Source: Candidatus Poribacteria bacterium (lineage in GTDB: Bacteria > Poribacteria > WGA-4E > WGA-3G). Taken from it: a stretch of 64,000 nt of DNA. Under the pieces are notes generated by a model that was not told where the DNA came from, ran no database searches, and saw only the letters and a program-made list of their open reading frames with translations. Positions 8,265 through 19,036 of the stretch are shown one piece after another (within the stretch, counting starts at the first letter, position 1; each line of letters opens with the position of its first letter). The stretch is from contig JAJDZB010000001.1 of assembly GCA_022824835.1 (NCBI GenBank), forward strand, positions 23,318-87,317, written 5' to 3'. Position numbers and translations under genes: made by a program.

Positions 8265-10298
8265 ATGGATGGACAACAATTGTTTGTACTCATTGTTGGT
8301 GGTCTTATTGCACTGTTCGTTATTTTCGTGCTAATCTACAAATCTTTTTACAAGAAAGCACCTGCTGACGCTGCGTTAGTGATCTCAGGGGGAAGCAAAA
8401 AACGGGTTGTATTTGGCGGTACACTTGTTAATCCAATCACGAATGTGACACAGTTTATCTCTTTAAATACGTTGCAACTCCCTGTTGAACGCGAGGGACA
8501 AGCAGCTCTGATTACCAAGGATAGTTTGCGTGTTGACATACAGGCGGAGTTCTATGTCAAAATTGAACCCAACGAACAGGATGTGCTTAAGGCAGTAGCA
8601 AGTCTCGGTGAGAAGACCTTAACACCGGAGGCAGTAAATGCGTTGCTGGAAGGTAAACTTGTGGGTGTTCTACGAAGTGTTGCTGCAACGATGGATTTGC
8701 AGGAACTTCACGAAAAACGCCAAGAATTTTCTGACCAGGTTCAGGAAGCATGTCTTGAAGATTTGGAACAGAACGGATTTAAACTTGAAACCGTGGCAGT
8801 AACGAATCTTGACCAAACACCACTTGAAGCACTTGATGAAAACAACCGATTTGATGTCGTTGCAATCCAGACGATCAAGCAAGAAGTTGAAGAGAAGCAG
8901 ACAGACACGGCGAAAATTGAACATGAAAACAAGGTCAGACGGGAAGAAGACCGCCTGCTTGCAGAACTCGAAATTAAGCAGAAGGAAGAGGAGACAGAAA
9001 CAAAAGCGTTAGAAGTTGAACAACGTCTTGAATTTGCACAAGAAGAGCAACGTAAGGAAATTGCAACGAACAAGGCTGAACAGGAACGCGCAGTTGAAGC
9101 ACACAAGTTTGAGCAGCTACAAGCGGTTGAAGAAGCACGTATTAAACAGGAACTGGCTGTGCAATCTGCTGAAATTGCACAGACACAAAAAATAGAGATG
9201 GAACGTATTGAACAGGAAAAATTAGTTCAAGAAAGCGAAATCTCACAGAAGCAGGCTATTGAGATAGCAAAAGTTCAGCAACAGCAGTTGGTTGAAGAAG
9301 CAGAGATTCAGCGAAACCTTACTGTTGAGAAAGCTAAAATTGATCAAGAGGCTACTGTCAAAGAAACTGAAATTGAACGGAGAATCGTGCTGTTAGATAA
9401 AGAACGGGAAGAGAAAGAGGCTGAAGCGAAAAACGATATCCTCGTTTCAATTAAAGAGAAAGAACGGGAAGTCGCACTGATTGAACTCTTGGAAATTTCT
9501 GCTGAAAAAGCACGCGCTGAAGCCGCCGTTGAAACAGCTGAAGCAATCGAAAAAGCTGAACGTGAAAGCAAAATTGAACTGATTCGTGCCGAACAGGAAG
9601 CGGACGAAGAAAGAATCGGAAAAGAAAAGACCGCCGACGCAGAGGTATACACTATTGTTGAAACAGCAAAGGCAGAACTTGAAGCAGCACAAGTCAAGGC
9701 TGAGGCTACAATAATCCTTTCTGAGGCACTTCTCGTTGAAGCCAAAGCAGAGGCAGACGGTGAGGAAGCATTGATTACTGCTAAAAATCAGACTGAACCG
9801 CAAGTACTTGTCAGTGATGCCGTGCTTGCACTTGTAGAAGCATTGCCTGAAGTTACGAAGGAGTTAATGAAACCCGCTGAACGCATCGAAAGTATCCGCG
9901 TACTTGACTTAGGTAGTAATGGTGGCAATGGTGGTCCGGGTGGCATGAACAGGATTCTTGGTTCTATCATCAATGCTGGTGCAGCGATGCCACTTCTCAA
10001 GGAACTTGTGAACTTTAGCGATATTGATACAACAAAGATTGGACAGACAATTCAGGATTTTGCTAAAGGATTGAAGCCAAACGCCGAGTCTACTTCTGAA
10101 TCCATTCCTGTTTCTGAAGAAGAGTCTGTTGCTGATGAAGAACTTGTTGCTGAGGATGAACTTGTTGTTGAGGCAGAACCAGTTTCTGATGAACAGCCTG
10201 TGGCTGAGGATGAAACTGTAGTTGAAGCAGAACCTATTGCTGATGAAGAACCAGTTTCTGATGCAGTACCTATTTCTGAAGAAAATGATAGTGTCTGA
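8265..10298 (+). CDS. Flotillin family (SPFH/band 7, YqiK-like) protein with acidic C-terminal repeats
   Basis: N-terminal TM helix, ALITKDSLRVDIQAEFYVK, EGKLVGVLRSVAATM, AE/EA-rich coiled coil, KPAERIESIRV; AAGGAG RBS. Confidence 0.92.
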   Translation: MDGQQLFVLIVGGLIALFVIFVLIYKSFYKKAPADAALVISGGSKKRVVFGGTLVNPITNVTQFISLNTLQLPVEREGQAALITKDSLRVDIQAEFYVKIEPNEQDVLKAVASLGEKTLTPEAVNALLEGKLVGVLRSVAATMDLQELHEKRQEFSDQVQEACLEDLEQNGFKLETVAVTNLDQTPLEALDENNRFDVVAIQTIKQEVEEKQTDTAKIEHENKVRREEDRLLAELEIKQKEEETETKALEVEQRLEFAQEEQRKEIATNKAEQERAVEAHKFEQLQAVEEARIKQELAVQSAEIAQTQKIEMERIEQEKLVQESEISQKQAIEIAKVQQQQLVEEAEIQRNLTVEKAKIDQEATVKETEIERRIVLLDKEREEKEAEAKNDILVSIKEKEREVALIELLEISAEKARAEAAVETAEAIEKAERESKIELIRAEQEADEERIGKEKTADAEVYTIVETAKAELEAAQVKAEATIILSEALLVEAKAEADGEEALITAKNQTEPQVLVSDAVLALVEALPEVTKELMKPAERIESIRVLDLGSNGGNGGPGGMNRILGSIINAGAAMPLLKELVNFSDIDTTKIGQTIQDFAKGLKPNAESTSESIPVSEEESVADEELVAEDELVVEAEPVSDEQPVAEDETVVEAEPIADEEPVSDAVPISEENDSV

Positions 10299-10328
10299 TT
10301 CTACGGAGGGTATGACTCGTTCCCACCA

Positions 10329-11945
10329 ATGAAACTGCTGTCTACCCTCCTAAAACATTCTCTCGATCGTAATACGCTGCTCATTATAACCATCCTTACT
10401 CTAAGTATCATACTACGCCTCATCGGTATAGGTGTTGGCTTACCTGCTACACCTGATCCTCGTGAAACACTCATAGCCAATGATATAATTAATCTCATCA
10501 ATTTCAGCGCATTCCCAGAAATCTTCAATTGGCCAGGTACAGCGTGGTTTCATCTGATCGCTCTGATAGGTAAACTATTGGATTTCTTTGGGACGGATCT
10601 GACTGAATCACACATCATTCTGATCGGACGGTTCATAAATGTTTGCCTGTCCACATTGACTGTCTGGCTGACCTATTGCCTTGGAACAAAGTGCTACAAT
10701 AGACATGTTGGACTGATTGCTGCTGCGTTTTTAGCTGTAGCAATGTTACACGCGACGAACGAATCAAGGTTTGCTCTTGTGGATATCCCAGCAACGTTGT
10801 GCGTTACCCTATTTCTCTGGTTAATTGCACGTGACACGGAGCTAAGAAATAGAACCTGTATCTACTTAGGTATTGTGGTGGGTATTGGTCTGGCGGTGAA
10901 GTATCCTACAGCGTTTGTCTGTTTATCTCTACTGATTTTCATAAACACTGCGGATGTATACCGCAAATATGCAACAATAATACTCTCTGCAGTCATCACC
11001 TTCACCATCGTCTGTCCATATTGGTTGATCGATGCTTTCTCAAGTGATTGGAATAAGTTCTACAGTGATTTTAGTTATGAAACCACGCACTACCATAAAG
11101 GACACTTTGGACTGTTCGCTACGGGAAACACAGGATTGGTGAATCGTTATCTTCATTTGTGGCATATACTGAAATGGGGATTAGGTTTGCCTCTCGCTAT
11201 GTTAGTTAGTCTCGGATTACTATTCTCGATTGCAGGTTTATCGTTATCTGTGAAAAGAGCTGGATTAAGAAGTTTGTTTAACGACCAAAGGTCAAGGATG
11301 GTACTGACACTGATTTCTTTTGCTATTCCATTTCTGATATGTGTCGGTACTTTCAAAGTGACTTTTGCGCGTCATTTACTAATACTATATCCACCCCTAA
11401 TGATATTAGCAGCAGCTTTTCTATTTACCATCGGCAAACGGTATGGTACAGTAATCGGCAGTCTTGTATGGATGTATTCATTTATATATACAGTCGCATT
11501 TGCATCCGTTATGTTAGCGCAGCCGACAACCGAGCAGGTTTCTGAATGGGTTTCAGATAACTTAGAAGCAGATCGCGCAATAGCACATGCACCAGAGATA
11601 TTATTTGACTGGCTACTACCGGAATTAGATAGAGATATGACAGATTTTGATGAAAACACAGAGTGGTTAATCATCATTGAAGCGAATAGAGAGGTATTTC
11701 AGAAGTATAAACTTCATCCTGAAAAGTACCAATCCCAGGATTGGTATCCCCTTGAGAATGTTGAGATAGAGGATAATTTGGCGTTTTATGATGCGATTGA
11801 TGGGAATGACAGCAGTTATCACTTATATAAGACATTCAACCAGAGTCCGTATTTTCTCGGTTTCAGAATTTCTGATGATGGTGCACCTTTTCCGATGCGT
11901 GCGCTACTTCATCCAACAATACATCTATATCAACGCAGAAAGTAA
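10329..11945 (+). CDS. GT-C fold membrane glycosyltransferase (ArnT/PMT, GT39-like)
   Basis: Many TM segments, PDPRE in the first loop, SRFALVD, GLAVKYP. Confidence 0.75.
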   Translation: MKLLSTLLKHSLDRNTLLIITILTLSIILRLIGIGVGLPATPDPRETLIANDIINLINFSAFPEIFNWPGTAWFHLIALIGKLLDFFGTDLTESHIILIGRFINVCLSTLTVWLTYCLGTKCYNRHVGLIAAAFLAVAMLHATNESRFALVDIPATLCVTLFLWLIARDTELRNRTCIYLGIVVGIGLAVKYPTAFVCLSLLIFINTADVYRKYATIILSAVITFTIVCPYWLIDAFSSDWNKFYSDFSYETTHYHKGHFGLFATGNTGLVNRYLHLWHILKWGLGLPLAMLVSLGLLFSIAGLSLSVKRAGLRSLFNDQRSRMVLTLISFAIPFLICVGTFKVTFARHLLILYPPLMILAAAFLFTIGKRYGTVIGSLVWMYSFIYTVAFASVMLAQPTTEQVSEWVSDNLEADRAIAHAPEILFDWLLPELDRDMTDFDENTEWLIIIEANREVFQKYKLHPEKYQSQDWYPLENVEIEDNLAFYDAIDGNDSSYHLYKTFNQSPYFLGFRISDDGAPFPMRALLHPTIHLYQRRK

Positions 11946-11968
11946 AAAATGTCAGAGTGAAGATTTTC

Positions 11969-12637
11969 TTAAAAATGTGGTGGAGAAAAACACGTCTTCT
12001 GTATAGGGACAATTGCAGACAATATCTGAAGTAAGACATCCGCGGGAATGTTGTCTGCGTCTATAATCCTTATCAACTCTTGCGGATAATGATCAATCAA
12101 CGGCTCCGTCTTGTTCTTATACTCATCCCAACGGTAGCGAGCAACGTATTCATTTGCATCATCGCGGCGTTTTTCCTTGACTGCCCGCCCGCGGATACGT
12201 TTGAACATAACCTCCCTGTCATCACAAACCATAAAGAGAACCTTTAGCACATGAACATAAGGAGATAAGAGTTCGGCTTGAGAAATACTCCTCGGTATCC
12301 CATCAAGAACAAGCAGATCAGAGTCAGGTTTGTAATAGTTCATCTCAATCTTGTTTCTGATGTAGTATTGCCATGTTTTAAGTGTTATATCGTCTGGAAC
12401 AAAATCACCTTGTGTTGCGTATTGATGAAAAAGCTGACCTAATTCCGATTCCTCATCTAACTCCCGGAACATATCTCCACTTGAAATGTGAAATATACCA
12501 GGAATATGGGATAATAATTTACCTTGTGTCCCTTTACCAGCACCTGGTGGTCCCACGAGTACAATAGATCTAAAACGGTGTTCTTCGTCAGGTAATACGG
12601 TTTTTTCTTGGCAAAGCGACTTATTATCCAATGTCAT
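11969..12637 (-). CDS. adk: Adenylate kinase family nucleoside monophosphate kinase (short LID)
   Basis: GPPGAGKGTQ, HISSGDMFR, VPDD, LDGIPR, RRDD. Confidence 0.85.
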   Translation of the reverse strand: MTLDNKSLCQEKTVLPDEEHRFRSIVLVGPPGAGKGTQGKLLSHIPGIFHISSGDMFRELDEESELGQLFHQYATQGDFVPDDITLKTWQYYIRNKIEMNYYKPDSDLLVLDGIPRSISQAELLSPYVHVLKVLFMVCDDREVMFKRIRGRAVKEKRRDDANEYVARYRWDEYKNKTEPLIDHYPQELIRIIDADNIPADVLLQILSAIVPIQKTCFSPPHF

Positions 12638-12738
12638 ACGTTCTCAATCCTTAGTAGTGTTATACTTGCAGGTCTCTTAATTCAGAAGTGTTGAATCCAA
12701 TTTGGTAGGATATGGTATTGTAGAAATGTTTCGGTAAG

Positions 12739-13782
12739 TTATACCCCAATAAGATGTTGAAGTATATAAAAATCCAATCCCTCGTAATCTCTCGCTTCAA
12801 TGAATTCCTGCTCCGTTTTTTTGTCCAAGGTTCTTACTTTTTCGAGCAAATTCAGAAATGTTTTTCGGCTGTTCAACAGATGTTTCGTAGATATTTCACG
12901 CGGCTGTGTACGCATCACTTTAACATCTAACCCTACGAATTCTCCATTCAAACCGTATCCGTTTTCTTCTAATACTCGTACCTGATTAAAGGCGCGACGG
13001 ATGTTTACCGAACCAAACGCTTTGTCTTGATCGAATTTTAGTCCGTTCTGATCATTCAGATGTACACTCCAGAGTTTTTTGTGATACAATGCATACCCCA
13101 TTTCGTCCGACGGTTCCAATCCTGCCAAAATCGCGTGTGCACTTTCGATTAAACCCCCTACGCGTTTAGGATCATCACTTGTGTATGCTAATCCGATTGC
13201 ATGTCCGATCGTTGGGATATAAGCAATATCCATCGGTTCGTTGGGTTTAGGTTCAATAAGGATGCGTATCTCAGGATCATATTCAAGTAACGTGTTGATT
13301 GCATCTAAGATATGACCGACAGCATCTGAAGAACTTTTTGACTCCCGAATATACGTTCCTTCACGAGCAAGCCATAAAACAAGATTCTTGCACTCTATTA
13401 CATTCGCGATGTCAACACAACGTTTTGAACGATCAAGTGCGTACTGTCGCTCTTTCTCAGAATTTGATGTAAAAGCACCGTCAATTGTCTGATGTGATTC
13501 CCATAACCGTGGTGCTACCACTTCAGCAACTAAACCGTGGTTATCAATCTGTTCTTTAACAACCTTTGCACGTTCCATAATCTGTGCATGTGTTAATTCG
13601 TCAATATTAGGAACAACGTCATCATCATGAAACTGTATGCCTTCAAAACCGAGGTCTCTGTAAAATTCTACTTTTTCATCAAAATCATAGGGATCTCGAA
13701 CAGGGGGTCCAAATGGGTCCGCTCCTTCATGTATATTCCAAGGACCAAAGGAAAAACGATATTCTGTTAAAGAATCTGACAT
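12739..13782 (-). CDS. xylA: Xylose isomerase-like TIM-barrel sugar isomerase (class I XylA-like)
   Basis: GADPFG, FHDDD, DGAFTS, W.AREG, IEPKPNEP, ESAH, HLNDQNGLKFDQD. Start at ATG 13782 after AGGAG. Substrate not certain. Confidence 0.75.
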   Translation of the reverse strand: MSDSLTEYRFSFGPWNIHEGADPFGPPVRDPYDFDEKVEFYRDLGFEGIQFHDDDVVPNIDELTHAQIMERAKVVKEQIDNHGLVAEVVAPRLWESHQTIDGAFTSNSEKERQYALDRSKRCVDIANVIECKNLVLWLAREGTYIRESKSSSDAVGHILDAINTLLEYDPEIRILIEPKPNEPMDIAYIPTIGHAIGLAYTSDDPKRVGGLIESAHAILAGLEPSDEMGYALYHKKLWSVHLNDQNGLKFDQDKAFGSVNIRRAFNQVRVLEENGYGLNGEFVGLDVKVMRTQPREISTKHLLNSRKTFLNLLEKVRTLDKKTEQEFIEARDYEGLDFYILQHLIGV

Positions 13783-13895
13783 CAAACTACTCCTGTATAG
13801 GTTGATATATTGACAGATACCTAAACAAACGAACACTATACCATAAACTTAACGATGAAAACAGGTTTAGGTTACCTGGCTATTTATGAATCTGC

Positions 13896-13965
13896 TTGAC
13901 TTTAATGATAAGTATAAAGTAATATATGATAAGTATAAAGTATTATTTTAATAGAGTCAAGTCAA
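13896..13965. promoter_or_regulatory. Divergent promoter region with a 17-bp direct repeat
   Basis: ATGATAAGTATAAAGTA at 13905 and 13926 (21-bp period), bracketed by TTGACT (13896) and AGTCAA (13955). Confidence 0.55.
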
Positions 13966-13998
13966 ATTCTATTCACCCCGTAAAATTGTTAAGGAAAT

Positions 13999-16900
13999 GT
14001 GATGTTGTCTGCACTTCATAACTTTTTTTCATGTCCGTTCTTGTCCTATTACACAGATATAATCCATATTGCATCTATAACACTTTTACATCTGAAAAAG
14101 TCTGGAAGTAAGTTATTAATCAGCATCCTATTGTTTAATATTTTACTGTTCATACAATATACAGCTGCGGTTGAGGACAACGCATCAATACCACACAAGA
14201 ATGACACATCAGAAATCCAGGCTCACACAAACACACCATCTTTTGCATCAAGGACTTTCAGCTATGCTGACGTATATACATTGGTACTGAACTTAGATAT
14301 AGCAGGCAACATTAAGATTGTCGCGATTGATAATCAGGAAGAAAAGAAAGATACAATTAGTGTTGCCCTTGAGAAGTTTGTCATAGATCAAGATTCATCT
14401 GTGCCTGATTCCTACCTTCAGAATATTACCATATCGGGGGTCAAGGAAGATGGGGTGCTTGAAATAAAGGCACAATTACCAGCGGATGCTTCAACGTTAT
14501 CACTCGAAAACGTCTCTAAGTCTAAAATAGAGAGCAATATAGAGAGGCATCTCCAATTAAACTATGCTATAAAAACACCTCCCGATATTTCTATTCAATT
14601 AAATGCAAATAAAGGCAACGTGTTCGTTCATCATGTTCGGGGAAAAATAGAGATAAATACTGAGATGGGAGACATACATTTAGATGAGACATCTGGTAAC
14701 TACCAGATAGAAACACAGAAAGGTCGTATTCATGGAAAAATCCTATTTACACCTGGAGAAAACAGCATAAAGACTAATGACGGTTCAATAAATCTAACTG
14801 TACTGGATGAACTTGCAGCACAAGTTGACCTAACAGCAAAAGATGGTGTGATACAGCTTCATTTACCAGAAAACTATTCTGCGGATATAGAATTAGACAG
14901 TGAAAAACAGCACTATATCGTAAATGTTCCATCTGAAATTGAAGAAAACAAAGGAGCTATCAACGCAGGTGGACCGTTGTTAAGATTAACGGCTACAGAT
15001 ACAATATCAATACTGCGGAATCCATGGTCTAAAAATGGTAATGAAACTACAGAAAAGACGTTGCCGCAGGAAGTGACAAAGAACCGTTCTGAAATTATCA
15101 TTCCATCCACAGAATACCCACCATCAATAGATGGCAATCTTACAGAAAAGGCGTGGTTTAATGCTGAAAAACTCTCAACTTTCAAAAACCCGCAAGGGAG
15201 TGATGATGCTGAAAACCTAACGGATGTGCATTTAATGTGGGATTCCGATCATCTTTATATCGGCGGAAGGATTCACCTTAAAACTTATCAAATTCCAAGT
15301 GTTTCACAAACACAACGCGATTCACCTATTTGGGTAGATGATTGTATTGAAATCTTGATTGATATGAATCCAGAAACTGAAGCTTATGCACACTTGGTTC
15401 TGAACCCAATAGGAGGCTTATTCGACCAGAGAGTTAGAGAGGAAGGATACCCAAACTTTAGATTCGCCCCAAACGATATTAAACGCCTGCAGATTGATGA
15501 TTCTACAGACAAGTTTAAGGGTGATAGCACATGGGATTCTAAAACAAAAATCGCTACAAAGATTTACGCGACATATTGGAGTTTTGAAATCGCTTATCCG
15601 TTGAATGATGGTGAAAGTAACACAAAAAACCAATGTCTCTTAAATGTGCATCGCAAGGCGATCGGTTCGTCTGGTAGGTCAAAAGATTTCGATAAGACAT
15701 TAATCCGAGAATTCAGTTACTGGATTCCTATGTATGATGATGAATTTCCTTGGTGGCCACATTGGAAACAAGGGATGGGATTGTTGAAGTTAGTCAAGAC
15801 GCAGCCAACGGTTTCTGGGAGCTTGGATGCTACGGCACACTATGAAGTTAAAGATATAGAAATAATTGATAATTTAAAAATCCCAACCGGTGAAATGAAG
15901 AAGTTTTCACCCTTTTCGCCAGGGGATAGTATAACAAACGAGCAAATCTCTTGGATGCTTACCGAATTGGAATATTATGACGAATTTAAGGAGGCACAGA
16001 TTGAGATATTAGTATCAGATTCTGAAAGTGCAGAATCTACAAATAATCCAGAATCATCAATTAGTCCTGTGTCAGACATCACACAGGCAGAATCAAATCA
16101 AGAGATTACTGATGAAAAACCTGTTCCAGATCTCCCTGATACCGTCCCTTTGAAGGTAACTTTACAAATAAAGGTTGCTGAGAATCCATTAAACTATGCT
16201 GAACGAATACTCATCAGAGAAAACAAAAGTTTTCCATCACTATTTATTAGAGAATGGTTTGACTTGACAGTTGGATATATAGCTGAAGCAGAAATTAAAC
16301 TGAAACAGCAAATGATTGCGGACTTTTATGTCAATCGGGGATACCTGTTTGCAGAAGTTAACTATGAATTTGAGGATGATATCTTACAGATAAATGTCAA
16401 CGAAGGGTACTTAGACGAGATACGTTTTACAGGTAATCGTCGCATTCCTGAGACTGAACTTAACATGGCAATTGGCATAGACAAGGAGAGTGTATTTTAT
16501 GAAACACTTGCAGAAACAAGCATAAATAAGATGTCGGATAAACTCAGTAAAGACAGTGAGCATTTCAAGTCAATACTCGCCTGGAACGTACAAAGTGAAG
16601 GTGGAAGAAACATCTTGCTGATTGAAATAGAAGAGCAACCGAGTTTCAAACCGGGTTGGTATCCTATTGTTGGTTTCAATAGAATTCACGGATTTGTCCT
16701 TGGTGCTGGGGGTAATCTATCAACTGACTTTACTGGAGATGAACAGGTATTCGGGACGTTGAGTGGTGGCTTTGCAAGTAGAATACTCAACTATTCTTTT
16801 GGTATTGAGAAGAGTTTCTTTAATAGGAACCCGTTAGCCATAGGACTGGGTTTCTTTAAGTTGTCTGATATAAGTAATAACGCTTTTCGTGATTTTCCTG

Positions 16901-17787
16901 TAGAACCAAATCTTACTGCTGCAGCCTATGGTATCGATTCAGCAAATTACTATCAGCGCGATGGTCAGCAGTACTGGATGGCGCAGTCAATAGGAAATTT
17001 CTCCATGCTCAGAGCCGAAATAACAATGGAGAATCATAGCAATCTGTCCAAATCAACCGATTGGAGTTATTATGAACGCAAGCGGATAAAACGTGGGAAC
17101 GCCAGAATTGATAAAGGAAGAATGAACTCTATAGCAATCGGTTACACATTTGATACGCGGGATGAAAAATCAGTAGTGAGACGTCCACAATTCTTGGGTA
17201 GTAATCTTGTTCCCTGGCCTAATGACAGAACAAAACGTGGGTGGCGCGGTAATATCGGGGTGGATATTGCAGGAAGAATCATTGGGGGTGACTTTAAGTA
17301 TAACTTGTATAGATTTGACGTGGTGAGATACACGCCTATTTACAAGCAACATCATTTCAATATCCGAGTTTCAGGACATGTTGCTGATGCCCCTTTACCG
17401 AGTCAACGTTTATTATATCTTGGCGGTGCTGCAACGTTACGAGGTTACGATTTTAATGCTTTTGCTGGTGATAAACGTTTACTTGTCAATATCGAATACC
17501 GGATGCATTTCGAAGCAGAAATTAACACTAATCCAGATGTGATACTCGGTACTGCACTTTACACGTTCATGGACACTGGACAGATATGGTGGCATGATGA
17601 AAATCCTATATCCGAATTTGCATTTAACGAATTGAAGACTTCAGTAGGTGTTGGTATTTCATTTTTTCTCAGTCCACCTGATGATCTTCAACCCTTAACT
17701 ACTGCCTTTGAAGTCGCTGTTCCGATAAACATTGATAAACGTCTTAGAACATCTAAATTGATCTGGCGTTTAGAACGGATGTTTTGA
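13999..17787 (+). CDS. Omp85/BamA-TamA family protein with N-terminal DUF4097-like and CBM9-like domains and POTRA repeats
   Basis: PSIDGNLTEKAW...WDSDHLYI...DDCIEILID (CBM9-like); FYVNRGYLFAEV...INVNEG (POTRA); LGGAATLRGY, GDKRLLVNIEYR, SVGVGI and terminal F (Omp85 barrel). Confidence 0.75.
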   Translation: MMLSALHNFFSCPFLSYYTDIIHIASITLLHLKKSGSKLLISILLFNILLFIQYTAAVEDNASIPHKNDTSEIQAHTNTPSFASRTFSYADVYTLVLNLDIAGNIKIVAIDNQEEKKDTISVALEKFVIDQDSSVPDSYLQNITISGVKEDGVLEIKAQLPADASTLSLENVSKSKIESNIERHLQLNYAIKTPPDISIQLNANKGNVFVHHVRGKIEINTEMGDIHLDETSGNYQIETQKGRIHGKILFTPGENSIKTNDGSINLTVLDELAAQVDLTAKDGVIQLHLPENYSADIELDSEKQHYIVNVPSEIEENKGAINAGGPLLRLTATDTISILRNPWSKNGNETTEKTLPQEVTKNRSEIIIPSTEYPPSIDGNLTEKAWFNAEKLSTFKNPQGSDDAENLTDVHLMWDSDHLYIGGRIHLKTYQIPSVSQTQRDSPIWVDDCIEILIDMNPETEAYAHLVLNPIGGLFDQRVREEGYPNFRFAPNDIKRLQIDDSTDKFKGDSTWDSKTKIATKIYATYWSFEIAYPLNDGESNTKNQCLLNVHRKAIGSSGRSKDFDKTLIREFSYWIPMYDDEFPWWPHWKQGMGLLKLVKTQPTVSGSLDATAHYEVKDIEIIDNLKIPTGEMKKFSPFSPGDSITNEQISWMLTELEYYDEFKEAQIEILVSDSESAESTNNPESSISPVSDITQAESNQEITDEKPVPDLPDTVPLKVTLQIKVAENPLNYAERILIRENKSFPSLFIREWFDLTVGYIAEAEIKLKQQMIADFYVNRGYLFAEVNYEFEDDILQINVNEGYLDEIRFTGNRRIPETELNMAIGIDKESVFYETLAETSINKMSDKLSKDSEHFKSILAWNVQSEGGRNILLIEIEEQPSFKPGWYPIVGFNRIHGFVLGAGGNLSTDFTGDEQVFGTLSGGFASRILNYSFGIEKSFFNRNPLAIGLGFFKLSDISNNAFRDFPVEPNLTAAAYGIDSANYYQRDGQQYWMAQSIGNFSMLRAEITMENHSNLSKSTDWSYYERKRIKRGNARIDKGRMNSIAIGYTFDTRDEKSVVRRPQFLGSNLVPWPNDRTKRGWRGNIGVDIAGRIIGGDFKYNLYRFDVVRYTPIYKQHHFNIRVSGHVADAPLPSQRLLYLGGAATLRGYDFNAFAGDKRLLVNIEYRMHFEAEINTNPDVILGTALYTFMDTGQIWWHDENPISEFAFNELKTSVGVGISFFLSPPDDLQPLTTAFEVAVPINIDKRLRTSKLIWRLERMF

Positions 17788-17919
17788 GTATTACGCGTTT
17801 GGCATCGCTCTGCCCGACCTACACAATGGGAATTGACAGAGCAGTCGTCATTTAAACTTGACAAATGCGTGTAAATATTGTGTAATATATCACCTAATAA
17901 TAACGCATTCACATCCAAA

Positions 17920-19011
17920 ATGAAATATACATCTCTATACGAAATACATCGTGAACTTGGCGCGACCTTTGCTGAAAAGCATAACGGGTGGCAGCTGCCG
18001 ATTCAATTCAGTGATACTGTAGATGAACACAATGCAGTCAGAAGAGATGTCGGAATCGCAGATCTATCGTATCTCGGCATACTAAAACTGACGGGTGAAG
18101 ATAGAGCGAAATACTTACACCGACTCATATCTAATGATGTTGAAGGTCTTTCCGTTGGTGAAGGCAATTATGCCACACTATTGACAAACCGTGGTAAAAT
18201 TATCGCAGATTTAAGAGTCTATAATCTGAAGGATGAAATCCTTATCTCTACAGCACCTGAAAACTGTGAAGTAGCATTCGCTGAATTGGACAAATATATC
18301 ATTGCAGATGATGTTGAAATCTCAATAGAAACGGATAAGGTCGGTGTAATTGCAGTCTATGGACCTAAGTCCCCTGAACTTGTCTCAACACTGTTAGATG
18401 TTGATGCCCAAATTTCATTAGAACTTATTTCACTAACTGAACACCACTCAATAGTGAGTGAAGTCAATAGTGAAAAAATCGTTTGCATCAAGTCACACAT
18501 CGTGGGTGAATGTGGTTTTCATCTATATGCAAATACCGATGCTTTAGTAGGACTGTGGGAGAAATTGATAGCAAGCAGTTCTCAGGTTCTTCCAATTGGA
18601 TGGGATGCACTGGAAGCTCTCCGCATCGAAGCTGGTACACCAAGATTTGGCACAGAATTAACAGATTCCGTTATTCCACTGGAAGCAGAATTAGAAGAAG
18701 CAATAGACTTTGAGAAAGGGTGTTATATTGGACAAGAAATTGTGGCGAGGATGAAGTATCGGGGACATCCGAACCGACTGCTACGCGGAATCGCAGTTGA
18801 ATCGGAACATCCACTTCAACAGAATTCACGCATTTTCAATGGTGAGAAAGATGTAGGGTGGGTTACCAGTTCAACGTTCTCGCCAACAATAGGAAAACCG
18901 ATAGCACTATGTTATGTCCGAATGGCAGTCACTGATGAAGGTTCTCAGGTTCAAATCGAATCATCAGATGGACTCCTAAATGGAACAGTTGTAGAACTCC
19001 CCTTTATTTAA
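17920..19011 (+). CDS. GcvT/YgfZ family folate-binding aminomethyltransferase-like protein
   Basis: YgfZ signature KGCYIGQE, LRIEAG; TTGACA-17-TGTAAT upstream at 17858. Confidence 0.88.
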   Translation: MKYTSLYEIHRELGATFAEKHNGWQLPIQFSDTVDEHNAVRRDVGIADLSYLGILKLTGEDRAKYLHRLISNDVEGLSVGEGNYATLLTNRGKIIADLRVYNLKDEILISTAPENCEVAFAELDKYIIADDVEISIETDKVGVIAVYGPKSPELVSTLLDVDAQISLELISLTEHHSIVSEVNSEKIVCIKSHIVGECGFHLYANTDALVGLWEKLIASSSQVLPIGWDALEALRIEAGTPRFGTELTDSVIPLEAELEEAIDFEKGCYIGQEIVARMKYRGHPNRLLRGIAVESEHPLQQNSRIFNGEKDVGWVTSSTFSPTIGKPIALCYVRMAVTDEGSQVQIESSDGLLNGTVVELPFI

Positions 19012-19036
19012 CAGAACGGAGGAAAGATAAATAACG

